Source: a virus (lineage: Duplodnaviria; Caudoviricetes). From it: a DNA stretch of 64,000 nt. Positions 20,722 to 30,783 of this stretch are shown in pieces; within the stretch, counting starts at the first letter, position 1; each line of letters begins with the position of its first letter. Under the pieces are notes generated by a model. The model saw only the letters and a program-made list of their open reading frames with translations, ran no database searches and was not told the origin of the DNA. Location: positions 54,714 to 118,713 of the IMG/VR virus record IMGVR_UViG_3300011008_000071; one strand, 5' to 3'. The position numbers and the translations under genes were made by a program.

Positions 20722-21476
20722 ATTTTGTTTCCTCCTATATTAAGCTTCTTTGGATTTATCCATGGTTCATTCTCCAGTAACCTATTAAGATAGTATTCTG
20801 TAGTCTTCTTTGATTCTTCCTCTCCATCCTTACCGGCAATAAGTCTGGTGCAGTGCAGTCCGAAATTGAAATGGAGTTCGTTTCCTGTTAAACCAAACAC
20901 AGCCTGTTCAAGATCCATCAGTACTTCCGTTTCTCTCCAATTGATTTTCAGATAGTTTGATGATAGCTTATCTGCCAATAAGATGATATCGATGTATCTT
21001 GTAGTCTGTATAGGCAATGACTGATATACTTCCATTATTGGGCATGAATGAAACATTACTGGATACAGAATCTCCGGGTCCTTGATTCCGAACTCTTTGT
21101 ACAGGAATATTCCTCCTGCTAGTGCATGATACTGAGCAGATGAATTGAAGTACTCATCCATGTTGAACTTCTCCAGTGTATCCAAATTGTTTCTGACATA
21201 CAGGGTTGTGGATGTAGGGATTGATATCCCTTTGTATTCCCGAGTCGTTTCAGTGAGCCCATGTTCTTTAAGTATGTCGTGTGCATATGCAATATATGCC
21301 AGCTTATGTTCATCCAGTCTATAGCCCAATTTCCGATTTAATATCAGAGCATATTGTTTCACCAAATCGATGTGTGCCCGGTGATACTCTGCATATTCCT
21401 TCTTGGGATCGGAATGGATGAAGTCATTTATTGCCAACAACGACCTCAATTCCAAATCCAACTTTTCATGTAACAT
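20679..21476 (-). CDS. HD-domain phosphohydrolase, YqeK-like
   Basis: H...AYAHDILK...YHALAG..LYKEFGIKDPEIL...FH...ILLADK follows the YqeK (Ap4A hydrolase) metal-ligand pattern. Confidence 0.7.
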   Translation of the reverse strand: MLHEKLDLELRSLLAINDFIHSDPKKEYAEYHRAHIDLVKQYALILNRKLGYRLDEHKLAYIAYAHDILKEHGLTETTREYKGISIPTSTTLYVRNNLDTLEKFNMDEYFNSSAQYHALAGGIFLYKEFGIKDPEILYPVMFHSCPIMEVYQSLPIQTTRYIDIILLADKLSSNYLKINWRETEVLMDLEQAVFGLTGNELHFNFGLHCTRLIAGKDGEEESKKTTEYYLNRLLENEPWINPKKLNIGGNKIWPKRKSPLLKTPY

Positions 21477-21574
21477 ATATATTTCATCCTTCCTTTCATA
21501 ATGATTCATATTAATAATATATAATCGTATATGAAAGATTCAAATCGATATATTATTACATTGAGGGAAATCAA

Positions 21575-22273
21575 ATGATAGCCGTAAAGGAGGTTAATAT
21601 TATGGCTAAAAAGACTAACAAAAACAACTTCGATATCTTCCAGATTATATTCTGGGGAGTATTAAGCATTGCAGTAATTGCAATCATCGTTGGGGTGATC
21701 ATCTTCACAGTTAATCAATTCAGAGAAATCGGGAATACCATTGAAGGGAACCCGACAACTACTGCGACCGAAGAGTCAACCACGACGACAGCAGAATTCC
21801 CGACATGGAATGGCGAGGATCCTGGAGTTGCACTTGGCGCTGTAGATCTTACGAGATACACAGACAGACTTGTTGCTACACCTGATCTGAATTTCCAGAT
21901 AGGAAACGAAACAATCAGAATCGGTAATGACATATTCCTGCACAAACTCCCTGGGATGTCCCAGGGAGTTTCCCTTCTTACATCTGTAGATGCATGGGAT
22001 GATTATGTAGATGCAGAAGGACTTGGGAGATCATTCACCCATGCAGGAATGTTTGCTGTCAACTGCAAAGATGATTACATGATTGCTGGAACGGAAATTG
22101 GCAAACGCTACCTCATCGTCACAGAAGATGATATGTTCACAGTCAAGGTTGACAGAGAAGTCACAGATGAAGAAACTCATGCGGTATCGAATATCAAATA
22201 CATATATGAGATCGAAGAATCGTATGTCGAAGAAGAATACCCAAAGACAGATGGGCATGGGAATCTGATCTGA
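21575..22273 (+). CDS. membrane-anchored extracellular protein
   Basis: Single N-terminal TM helix followed by a Thr-rich linker. Confidence 0.65.
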   Translation: MIAVKEVNIMAKKTNKNNFDIFQIIFWGVLSIAVIAIIVGVIIFTVNQFREIGNTIEGNPTTTATEESTTTTAEFPTWNGEDPGVALGAVDLTRYTDRLVATPDLNFQIGNETIRIGNDIFLHKLPGMSQGVSLLTSVDAWDDYVDAEGLGRSFTHAGMFAVNCKDDYMIAGTEIGKRYLIVTEDDMFTVKVDREVTDEETHAVSNIKYIYEIEESYVEEEYPKTDGHGNLI

Positions 22274-22388
22274 CCGTATATTCCATACATATGGGCATAT
22301 ATTATTAATATGAGGATACGAGAAGAATGTATCTTGATGGAGAAATCAAACGTACAAATCCAACACACATTGACAGGAGGAATTATCT

Positions 22389-22661
22389 ATGAAAAAGGAA
22401 AGAAATCTCACAATGGAACTTCAGAAGGAAGGACTCAAGGCACTTAAGATTTACAACGGCATGCTCATTGGCAGCGCAGTTATGACAGTTGCAGGACTCG
22501 GCATCATGGGCTACATTGCAGTAAAGCAGAAACTCGGAGAGCTTGAGGATGACGGCCTGTGGGCTCCCAGCGACAGCTTCGCTGGCTGGATTCAGAAGCA
22601 CAAGACTGAAAGCGACAACACAGACGAAAATACCGAAGACGATACACCTGACGAGGAGTAA
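22389..22661 (+). CDS. small single-TM protein with acidic tail
   Basis: AGGAGG RBS; one hydrophobic helix. Confidence 0.65.
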   Translation: MKKERNLTMELQKEGLKALKIYNGMLIGSAVMTVAGLGIMGYIAVKQKLGELEDDGLWAPSDSFAGWIQKHKTESDNTDENTEDDTPDEE

Positions 22662-22756
22662 TCCTCATTTGTGATTTCCCCATCAGAAGGAAGCGGCCCC
22701 TCAATGCCGCTTTCTTTTTGCCACTGAAATGTAATATTTACAGGAGGTGATCCGTA

Positions 22757-23293
22757 ATGGATTGGAATAGTATATTTTCGAGTGGCGTTATAACACCAAT
22801 ATTGGGTGCAATTGTCACAGTAATTGTGGGCTATCTAGGGTGGAGACTGAATAAAGTATCGAAGGCTGCCATGGCAAAGAATGTAATGGCAGAGATGGAG
22901 AAGAAGAACGGAATCAGAAACCAAGTAATGGATCTGATATCGAAGAATGTCAAATCGGCTGTAGAGTCGAATATGCAGCTGGCTGACAGTATGAAACAGG
23001 CCGGGCATAGCCTTGATCAGGATGAAATTAAGGCTCTTAACAATTCTGCCAAACAGATGGTTCTGAACAACCTTCCGTTGGAACTCACGAACTCTGATGG
23101 TGTTCTGTGCGAGATCATAGGCGGTGTAGACAAATTGAATTCCATCATAGATACAATGATGGAGCAGTATGTCTACGAGATCAAGCTGGCGAAGCTCCAG
23201 CAGAAGCCCGATACAATTTCCCAATCACTCCAGGACTATATCAACGAGAAGTCCAATAAACCTAAGGTAACAATCAAGCCTACTAAGAAGTAG
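22757..23293 (+). CDS. putative holin (LL-H-like)
   Basis: N-terminal TM followed by a helical SAV...Q..DSMK...I..MEQYVYEIK pattern resembling LL-H-type holins. Confidence 0.5.
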   Translation: MDWNSIFSSGVITPILGAIVTVIVGYLGWRLNKVSKAAMAKNVMAEMEKKNGIRNQVMDLISKNVKSAVESNMQLADSMKQAGHSLDQDEIKALNNSAKQMVLNNLPLELTNSDGVLCEIIGGVDKLNSIIDTMMEQYVYEIKLAKLQQKPDTISQSLQDYINEKSNKPKVTIKPTKK

Positions 23294-23398
23294 TATTACA
23301 GGGACCCATCATGGGTCCCTGTAATTTCACGTATATATTATTAACTTAGGAGGATATGAGGGTAAATCTTCCAAAAATACAGAAAGGAATGATATAAC

Positions 23399-24031
23399 AT
23401 GGATGAATATCCAATACTTAAAGGAATATTCAAAGAGGGTACAGAAGTTCTTATACCTGAACTACATTACGAAAGCGGAGTAGTATTGGGTATCGTTGAT
23501 AAACAATATTTGATTAAGCTTGATGATGATACTATACTGCTTCCTGAGTATTCGTTGGAGTTTGCAGATTTGCTTGATACGCCAATCGATACGGAGCTGA
23601 TATATGAGGAATCTGATTTACTTGCTAAATCGAATTCAAGAAACAAATATAAATGGACACTCCCAGACGGAATTCCTATAATCGGGAAGCCAAAGCTTCC
23701 ACATTTGATATTCTGTGTCGGGAGCGATGAAGGGCCCATTCCTCATGCTCATATATTTAGGACAAAGGAAGATAGTATTGCATGGTTCAATGGTGCATGT
23801 TTGATACTTAATAAGAATATGTATTTCGATCATGCTCATAATGATAAGTCATTGACTAATAGAGAATTGAATAGTGTCATTGCAAAGCTATCTCAATTGA
23901 GGAATGATACAAATCGAACATGGTGGGATGAAGTAATAGTTCAATGGAATAAAATCAACGATTTTAAAATTCCATCGAATCTTCCTATGCCATCATGGAA
24001 TGATGGACATATCAAGAGAATGCATGAGTAG
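23399..24031 (+). CDS. hypothetical protein with PHxH motif
   Basis: DEGPIPHAHIF...WFNGACLIL; paralogous to the next ORF. Confidence 0.6.
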   Translation: MDEYPILKGIFKEGTEVLIPELHYESGVVLGIVDKQYLIKLDDDTILLPEYSLEFADLLDTPIDTELIYEESDLLAKSNSRNKYKWTLPDGIPIIGKPKLPHLIFCVGSDEGPIPHAHIFRTKEDSIAWFNGACLILNKNMYFDHAHNDKSLTNRELNSVIAKLSQLRNDTNRTWWDEVIVQWNKINDFKIPSNLPMPSWNDGHIKRMHE

Positions 24032-24713
24032 GAGGTATATTATGGGTAGACCAGAATATCCAGACGGGACCAGAGTTTACAATATTGACACTGATGAATT
24101 TGGGCATATACTATCATCACGTCATATGATATCATGGAGAAAATGTAATTGTCATGACCCGTATATTTATAAGATACAATACGGCAATCATGTATCTGCA
24201 AGTAAAGGTTCTGCTCATTTATGTTCAGGAGAAATACGACCAGATGATCCAAAAGAACTTGCAGTCGGCAGACGATTTACTGAACGAACGGTGAGATTCT
24301 TTAAAGGAACTGCAGGCTATTTAAATGTATTTCCATTCATCGTTGAATCCACTGGACATGAATTATGGTTTGATGTTGAATGGCCATGCTCCGGACAAAC
24401 ACCGCATCTCCATGTATGGAGAAATGAAACCGATGCCCGCAATTGGGCAAATGGCTTTTCATTGTTGCTGAACTCCAATACATCATATGAACATGACTTG
24501 TCGACGATTAATGGGACATCTCAAGAAGAACTTGATACAATTACAAACGCTTTCAATACAAAACTGATATCGGATGATGTATCTATTCAGACGTTATGGG
24601 AACGATTTATGAATGATTTAGCCGAAGCCGGCGAAGAGTATACTAAGTACAAAGATTATATATCCCCTCCATTGTATGATCTCAGTACTATGGATAAGGT
24701 GTATACCCTATAA
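24000..24713 (+). CDS. hypothetical protein with PHxH motif (paralog)
   Basis: GQTPHLHVW...WANGFSLLL; true start probably ATG 24042 after GGAGG. Confidence 0.6.
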   Translation: MMDISRECMSRRYIMGRPEYPDGTRVYNIDTDEFGHILSSRHMISWRKCNCHDPYIYKIQYGNHVSASKGSAHLCSGEIRPDDPKELAVGRRFTERTVRFFKGTAGYLNVFPFIVESTGHELWFDVEWPCSGQTPHLHVWRNETDARNWANGFSLLLNSNTSYEHDLSTINGTSQEELDTITNAFNTKLISDDVSIQTLWERFMNDLAEAGEEYTKYKDYISPPLYDLSTMDKVYTL

Positions 24714-24796
24714 TATCAACAAAGAAAAGGGTGGATCTCCACCCTTTTCTTTTGTATTTGACCTACCGGATTTATAATCTTTACTAAGAAAAGGAG

Positions 24797-26225
24797 ATGG
24801 AAAGTATGAAGATATCCATACTTGATGTCGACCGACTTATCGAGGTTAATAAGCTGGAAGAGGTCACTTCACAACATCTGTTTTCAAACAAGATGATGTA
24901 TGACCCTCAGGGGATATTATCCACCGATATTTTCGGTATCTCAAAGAATGACAGACGGACTACGTTTGCATATATTAGCCTGAAGAAGAAATTCATTCAT
25001 CCTCACATATACACCAAGGTGTTGAAGCCTATGTTCAAAAACATCGTGTATATCGTTGCTGGGCAGAAGCGGTATGTCATCGAGAACGGATGGTTCAAAG
25101 AGGACAAGGATAATGGATGGACTGGGCTGGTTTCTTTGTATGATCATTGGAATGAGATTGACTGGTCTCAGAAACGTTCCGAAAATAAGATCAATAAGGA
25201 ACTTCTTACCATACTAACCAGAGATCAGATATTCCTTGATAAGATCATCATTGTTCCCCCGGCATATCGTGACGTAATGTTGGCTGGAACAGTTGATGCT
25301 TCGGATCACGTATCAGAATTGAATGAAATGTATCAAAAGTTAATACGTGCTGTGTCAATGATACAGGAAGGCGGATTATTTGCCAGGACCCAGTATGGGG
25401 CCCAGCTCAAGATACAGAATCTGCTATGTGATATTTCAAAATTCTTCTCAGATCAGATATCGAAGAAGACCGGGTTGATCCGTAAGTATCTAATGGGTAA
25501 ATCCGTTGATTACGGTACCCGTGTCGTCATCAGTGCTCCTACATACAACTTTGATCGCTTCGGAGATAATATGATTGATGTAGAACACACGGCAATCCCC
25601 ATTGAGATATGCTGCTCCACGTTCTATCCATTCATAGAAGCATGGTTGAAGAACTTCTTCACCAAGGAAATCGTGAATGATCCAAACATGTTTACTTTCT
25701 ATGATATTGAAAATAAGAGAGAATTCACAGGAGTCATCAAAGACGTAGATATCCAGTTCTCTGAGAAGAATATCAGGAAGGTGATCAATGATTACTGTCT
25801 GAATCCGGATAACCGATTCAAGATGATTACGCTGGAAGTCATTGCTCCTGGAGCAACGCCAAAGGAGAATAAGACTCTGAAGGCAAATCTGGTATTGAAA
25901 GGAAATGTTCTTCTTCCTAACAATATCAGGCAAGTCCTGAATCGAGGAATGACCATTACGGACCTGCTGTATCTGGCATGTGTGGATGTCTGTGAAAAGA
26001 GACACGTAATGGTATCCAGATATCCTGTCGGTACAGATAAGGGAATATACTTCTCGAAGATCAGAGTTCAATCCACTCCAAATCATATCCGTCTAACATT
26101 CAATGGAAAAGATTATCCGTATTATCCGGATATAAATCTAAAAACACCAATTGATCAAGTTGGTGTGCAATTCATAGATACTTTAGTTCCATCCAATTCA
26201 CACTTGGATGGTATGGGGGCCGATT
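24797..26225 (+). CDS. multisubunit RNA polymerase beta' subunit, exon 1
   Basis: GILSTDIFG, IIVPPAYRD, KTGLIRKYLMGKSVDYGTRVVIS and SRYP are beta'-type conserved regions. The exon ends at GAD plus the first base of Y. Confidence 0.9.
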
Positions 26226-27527
26226 ATATCTCCATGTCATGGTCGGCTAGAATAGCAATATTCTACAAGAATAATCTGGTGAACGCCTAACAAGCGGTGT
26301 CGTATATTTACGGCTAACGGTAAGAGTTATATAAGCTGGGTCAGGAATACCCCACCTGACTAATCAACAGACGAATACGCTCTCTGAGAGATTCTAAGGT
26401 CCATATTATGGATAGCTTGATAATACCGTGCGAAGACTCGATATTTGAGTAACGTGTAGAGACTAATTAGTAGGGCTATGGTGGAACGCTATAGTTCGAA
26501 GTGCCAGACTCCTGATCACATCAGGATGAAGAGATAGTCCACATATTTATCATTTTTGATCGATTATGTATTCTAGAGGTTTCATTAATTCAAAATCAGA
26601 AAAGTGAATCGATTTGGCGCCATTAGATATATAATCGGATACTTTATCGTATATTTCTTTATAACTGGCTTTAGATTTATTACTATGACGATCGTCTTTA
26701 GCCAAGCCGTCTCCAAAAACATTCGTTTCTAGAATATACTGGCGTTTATCTTTATCAACATAGAATAGATACCAGCCCTTATACGGTCTTCCTTTACGAA
26801 CAGAATTTTTGATCATATCCTTGCTAGAGGATATAAAATCCCCGAATAATTTCATAGAATCAGAATATAACATTTGCTTTGTATTAATATTAATACAAAA
26901 AATTTGTTCTGAACGCAATAATTTTTCTTCCTGACTCAAGGATCTGCCAATAGTATTCGATGGCGGAATTGCTTTATATTGGTTATATCCGTTCTTGACA
27001 GAATTGTATAATTTTATAAAGTAATTTTCCGCATGGGTATGTGTCCATCGAGTTGTTTCTGCAATAGGATACATAATGAAGTTTTCAATTCCGTCTACAA
27101 CCATTGCTCTGATGACAGGTCTTAACGTATTTAAGAGGTCTGGGAACGCATTGATCATACGGGTATCTCTATTATATTCATATATATACTGAGACGCTCG
27201 TTTGTGCAGGGAACAATATACGGTCGGTCTAGATATCCCAACCCATACTGAGTGTGTTGACCCGATATATTTCTTACCATTCTTCTTATTCTCAATGCAG
27301 TAAATATATCCATATGGGATCATATCTTCTTTTAATCGAAATTCTTTCGGGATTTCCTTAATAACTAGGAAATTATTCATAATATCTCGATTTCTAGCTA
27401 AATTCTGTTCTGTCATAATACAGTACCTCCAGTGAAATTGTTATGAGATTTATTTGATCTCTATAAGTATTGTTATATGAAAAATAAAAGAAATATACGG
27501 AAGTAAAATCAGAAAGCATCTAATGAG
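26226..27527 (+). mobile_element. group I intron (1302 nt) in the RNAP catalytic motif
   Basis: Exon end GCCGAUU pairs with internal guide GGUCGGC (U-G at the splice site). Intron GUCAU pairs with exon-2 AUGAC (P10). Core elements GTAGAGACTA (~26456) and GAAGAGATAGTCC (~26528); terminal G at 27527. Splicing restores GADYDGDQ. Confidence 0.9.
26550..27416 (-). CDS. GIY-YIG homing endonuclease, antisense within the intron
   Basis: YGYIYCIENKKNGKKYIGST...R...E..FIKLYNS..NGYN, followed by a NUMOD-like C-terminal part; GGAGG RBS; AT-rich. Confidence 0.85.
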   Translation of the reverse strand: MTEQNLARNRDIMNNFLVIKEIPKEFRLKEDMIPYGYIYCIENKKNGKKYIGSTHSVWVGISRPTVYCSLHKRASQYIYEYNRDTRMINAFPDLLNTLRPVIRAMVVDGIENFIMYPIAETTRWTHTHAENYFIKLYNSVKNGYNQYKAIPPSNTIGRSLSQEEKLLRSEQIFCININTKQMLYSDSMKLFGDFISSSKDMIKNSVRKGRPYKGWYLFYVDKDKRQYILETNVFGDGLAKDDRHSNKSKASYKEIYDKVSDYISNGAKSIHFSDFELMKPLEYIIDQK

Positions 27528-28930
27528 ATGACGGGGATCAGATCTCTTGCAGAGCTTTGTGGAGTGATGAAGCAAATCTCGAAGCAGAGAAGATCATGAA
27601 TAGTAAGATGAGTGCATTGAATATTACAGGTACGAACAGTAAAGTTGTTGCCAAAGAAGTATTCAACTCAATGTATGAGCTTACTAAGATAGGAAATACA
27701 AAAGCAAAAACGGTTCCGGATAAATTAATCCGGGAGATAGTCGCGATACCTGCAAACGACATTACCAGAACAATGCTGGTTGAATGGTTCGCAGATACCG
27801 TTTCAGCAACCAGTGGCAATACCCACCCGACAGGAAAACCCAGACCGAATTTCAACACATGGGATACTGTTGAAATAGGTGAAAATGCATTCTATGAAGG
27901 ACAGCCTAAAATGACTACAACATTCGGCCGTTTGATATTCAACAAGTTCGTTCTCAGTTCCTGCGGGATACTTGGGCTGATTCCATTTGTGAATGACACT
28001 GTTGCCAAAAAGCAAATGGGAGATATTGATGATCAGGTAGCAACACTGTATATGACAGATAAGATTACCAGAGCACAGTTTAACTCATATCTAGATCATC
28101 GTGATACGTTAGGTTACTGGCTCAATGGTATGCTTGCCCACACTATCTCTGAAAGAATGGCTAAGCCTCTTAAGGAGATAGAGCAGAAGAAGGCAGAACT
28201 GTGCCAGAAATATGCCAAGGAGATCGAAGAGAAGAATATCGATGTCATGACCAAGATATCTGATGAATTGGTTGCATATGCCAAGGAAGTTCTGAAGGAT
28301 GATCCAGGTATGGATCTGTATCTTTCTGGTGACTTGGACTTCGGTAACAACTACAAGAACAACTCGATCTTGAAGGGTGCCGTAATGAATAAGATCACAG
28401 GTGAGTTCGACTTCATCGAAACATCCTTCATGGATGGTATTGATGTCAAGGACATACCGGCTCATGCCAACTCTATTCTGGCGTCGCAGTATCCTGCTTC
28501 CATAGCAACGGCTGATGCCGGCTATATGGGCAAACGTCTCATGGCATTACTGCAGATGATGGATGTTGATGTGGACGGAACCGACTGTCATACCAAGAAT
28601 CTTATCCCAATTACAATTACCAAAACCAACATGAAGAATCTGTTGTATAGATACTTCAAAGAGGATGGTGTGGAGAAGCTTACCACACCTGAGAATATCA
28701 AAGGCTATCTCGGTAAGACATTGATGTTCCGCAGTCCCATGTCGTGTCTTGGAGATAAGATATGCTCGAAGTGTGCAGGCAAGCTGTTCTATATGTTAGG
28801 AGTAACACATGCAGGATTATTCGCGTCACAGATATCCCATGCTGCTCTGAATCTTGGACTAAAAGCAAAACATAATTCCGTTGTTGAACTCTACAACCTG
28901 GATCCTGATAACATCATCAAACCTCTCTAA
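27528..28930 (+). CDS. multisubunit RNA polymerase beta' subunit, exon 2
   Basis: Begins (Y)DGDQISCRALWS. Contains TTFGRLIFN, bridge helix TADAGYMGKRL, zinc site DC...RSPMSC...ICSKCAG and trigger-loop-like LKAKH. Spliced product about 943 aa. Confidence 0.9.
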
Positions 28931-29024
28931 TATTTTTGAATATATATTCTTCTATTGAATCGAATATAATTCTATTCAATCCTAACATAGTTCATTAACA
29001 CTCGTAACAAAGGAGGAAGTTTAC

Positions 29025-29792
29025 ATGAGTGAAATTATGATCAAATCACAATGCCCGAAGTGCGGAGAAGAACTCGCACTCAAGGCAAATGTGCCGGACG
29101 TTATGCCGGCACAGGTCAGATCCGGTATGCAGCCGATCGGATCGATTCAGGTGTATAAGATTACATCTGAAATGATGAAGGAATTCATTATCGCAAAGGC
29201 TAAGAAGTACTGCCCGGCGGTGAAGATGGAGATCGTGCCCAGATACACCGAACGCAAGCCCAGGCCGAATGAACCTCACAGAGCATATGCATCGCTGCGT
29301 ATTGCCTTCTCGGAAGAGGCAATGGAGAAGAAGGAAGACTATGGATTCTATGACCAGATAGGCGAGTCCAATCTCACACCTCATCTCCAGCCGAGCATCT
29401 TCCAGAACCTGATTCGTATGTACGGCTACAATCCTAAGGACATCAATGAATGGCTGCATTCGTACAAGAACATGGAGAAGCTTGAAGAGGCTCTCGGTAT
29501 CACGGAAGCATACATCGACGATCTTAAGAAGTACGCAACACCGCGTCTGGTTAAGTCCAACGATGATCACAAGTGGATCATCTTCTCTGCTGCTGCTGAG
29601 AACGTAATCGCGGATATGCTTACAGATGTTACAACCAACGAGGTTGCCGGCAGAATCCAGATCCAGGATGTATACCAGATCAGCAAGGACATTGTCGAGT
29701 TCATCGTTTATCTCCATCCGGCTACAATGAAGATCAAAGAGAACCCGCACGTTCGTCAGATTCTTCTTGGTGAGGAAAAGCCCAAGAAGTAA
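29025..29792 (+). CDS. hypothetical protein with N-terminal CPKC
   Basis: AAGGAGG RBS; upstream TATATTCT motif. Confidence 0.75.
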   Translation: MSEIMIKSQCPKCGEELALKANVPDVMPAQVRSGMQPIGSIQVYKITSEMMKEFIIAKAKKYCPAVKMEIVPRYTERKPRPNEPHRAYASLRIAFSEEAMEKKEDYGFYDQIGESNLTPHLQPSIFQNLIRMYGYNPKDINEWLHSYKNMEKLEEALGITEAYIDDLKKYATPRLVKSNDDHKWIIFSAAAENVIADMLTDVTTNEVAGRIQIQDVYQISKDIVEFIVYLHPATMKIKENPHVRQILLGEEKPKK

Positions 29793-29849
29793 ACAGTTAT
29801 ATACCTAAAGCTTTAGGCATATTAATAAACATACAAGGAGCAATTGCAA

Positions 29850-30083
29850 ATGAAGGGTAAAGTAAAGTGGTTTGATGTTAACCGTGGATTTGGATTCGTT
29901 GTTAAGGAAGATGGAACGGAGACACATATATCCGCTCGCAACATCAAGTCCGGCAGAACTTTCGTTGGTCTCACTGCAGGAGACACGATCGAGTTCGATG
30001 AGAAGAAGTTCCGTAAGGGAATGGAAGCGGTAAATGTTACGCTGGCCGAGGACGATAAGGCTGAAGCAAAGACCGAAGAATGA
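29850..30083 (+). CDS. cold-shock domain protein
   Basis: MKGKVKWFDVNRGFGFV...H...G.EAVNV. Confidence 0.9.
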   Translation: MKGKVKWFDVNRGFGFVVKEDGTETHISARNIKSGRTFVGLTAGDTIEFDEKKFRKGMEAVNVTLAEDDKAEAKTEE

Positions 30084-30087
30084 TGTA

Positions 30088-30120
30088 ATGACCCCGGGGA
30101 GATTATCTCCCCGGGGTCAT
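30088..30120 (+). terminator. hairpin terminator
   Basis: ATGACCCCGGGGAGA/TCTCCCCGGGGTCAT followed by a T-rich tract. Confidence 0.7.
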
Positions 30121-30178
30121 GTCTTTTCTTTTGTCAATACAAACACTCATGGTAACTTTTGTGAAAGGATATGATCAT

Positions 30179-30748
30179 ATGCCAAAAACAATTTTTATGA
30201 ATAAATCTACCGATGATAAACCGGCTTCCACACCAACTAACGTTAGACCATCACCACAACCTGGCCAGAAACCTGGGATGAAGATTAGCCCACCTAAATC
30301 TCCACAACCTTCCCCGCAGCCTAAACTAAGTCCTCAACCAAAGTCGCCTGTTAAACCAAAGGCTGTTCCAGCACCGATTGAAATCAAAAAAGAAGAACCG
30401 GCACAAGAACCGCCGAAGGAACTTAAGGCTGGACGGAAGAATATCAATATGCAAACATATATTGATACTCCGGATGATGATTGGGGTGTAATGGCTCCTG
30501 TACACAAAGCTGTCGGTAATGCATTACCCAAGGTCACTAATCCCGTTCTCACTGTTCCCGTAAATCCACCTAAGGGCGAATCCATTGATAAACCGTTGTA
30601 TGTGTTGGACCAGGATGGTTTAAATACTCTAATATCATCTCTGGTGAATGAGTTATCAGAGAGATTCGTTACAAAAGAAGAAGTTCAAACACTGGTTCGA
30701 AACAGCTTGCAAACAATGGTAATGGAACAAGTACGTCCGAAGAAGTAA
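30179..30748 (+). CDS. Pro/Lys-rich hypothetical protein
   Basis: AAAGGA RBS; repeated PSPQP/SPQPK low-complexity N-terminus. Confidence 0.6.
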   Translation: MPKTIFMNKSTDDKPASTPTNVRPSPQPGQKPGMKISPPKSPQPSPQPKLSPQPKSPVKPKAVPAPIEIKKEEPAQEPPKELKAGRKNINMQTYIDTPDDDWGVMAPVHKAVGNALPKVTNPVLTVPVNPPKGESIDKPLYVLDQDGLNTLISSLVNELSERFVTKEEVQTLVRNSLQTMVMEQVRPKK

Positions 30749-30783
30749 CAAAGACACCCGGGATATCCCGGGTGTCTTTACTG

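Noticed and set aside
24797-28930. Two separate RNAP genes (24797-26290 and 27557-28930), as in the ORF track
   Set aside because: The last 20 codons of the first ORF are intron sequence and the second has no RBS; splicing restores DYDGD.
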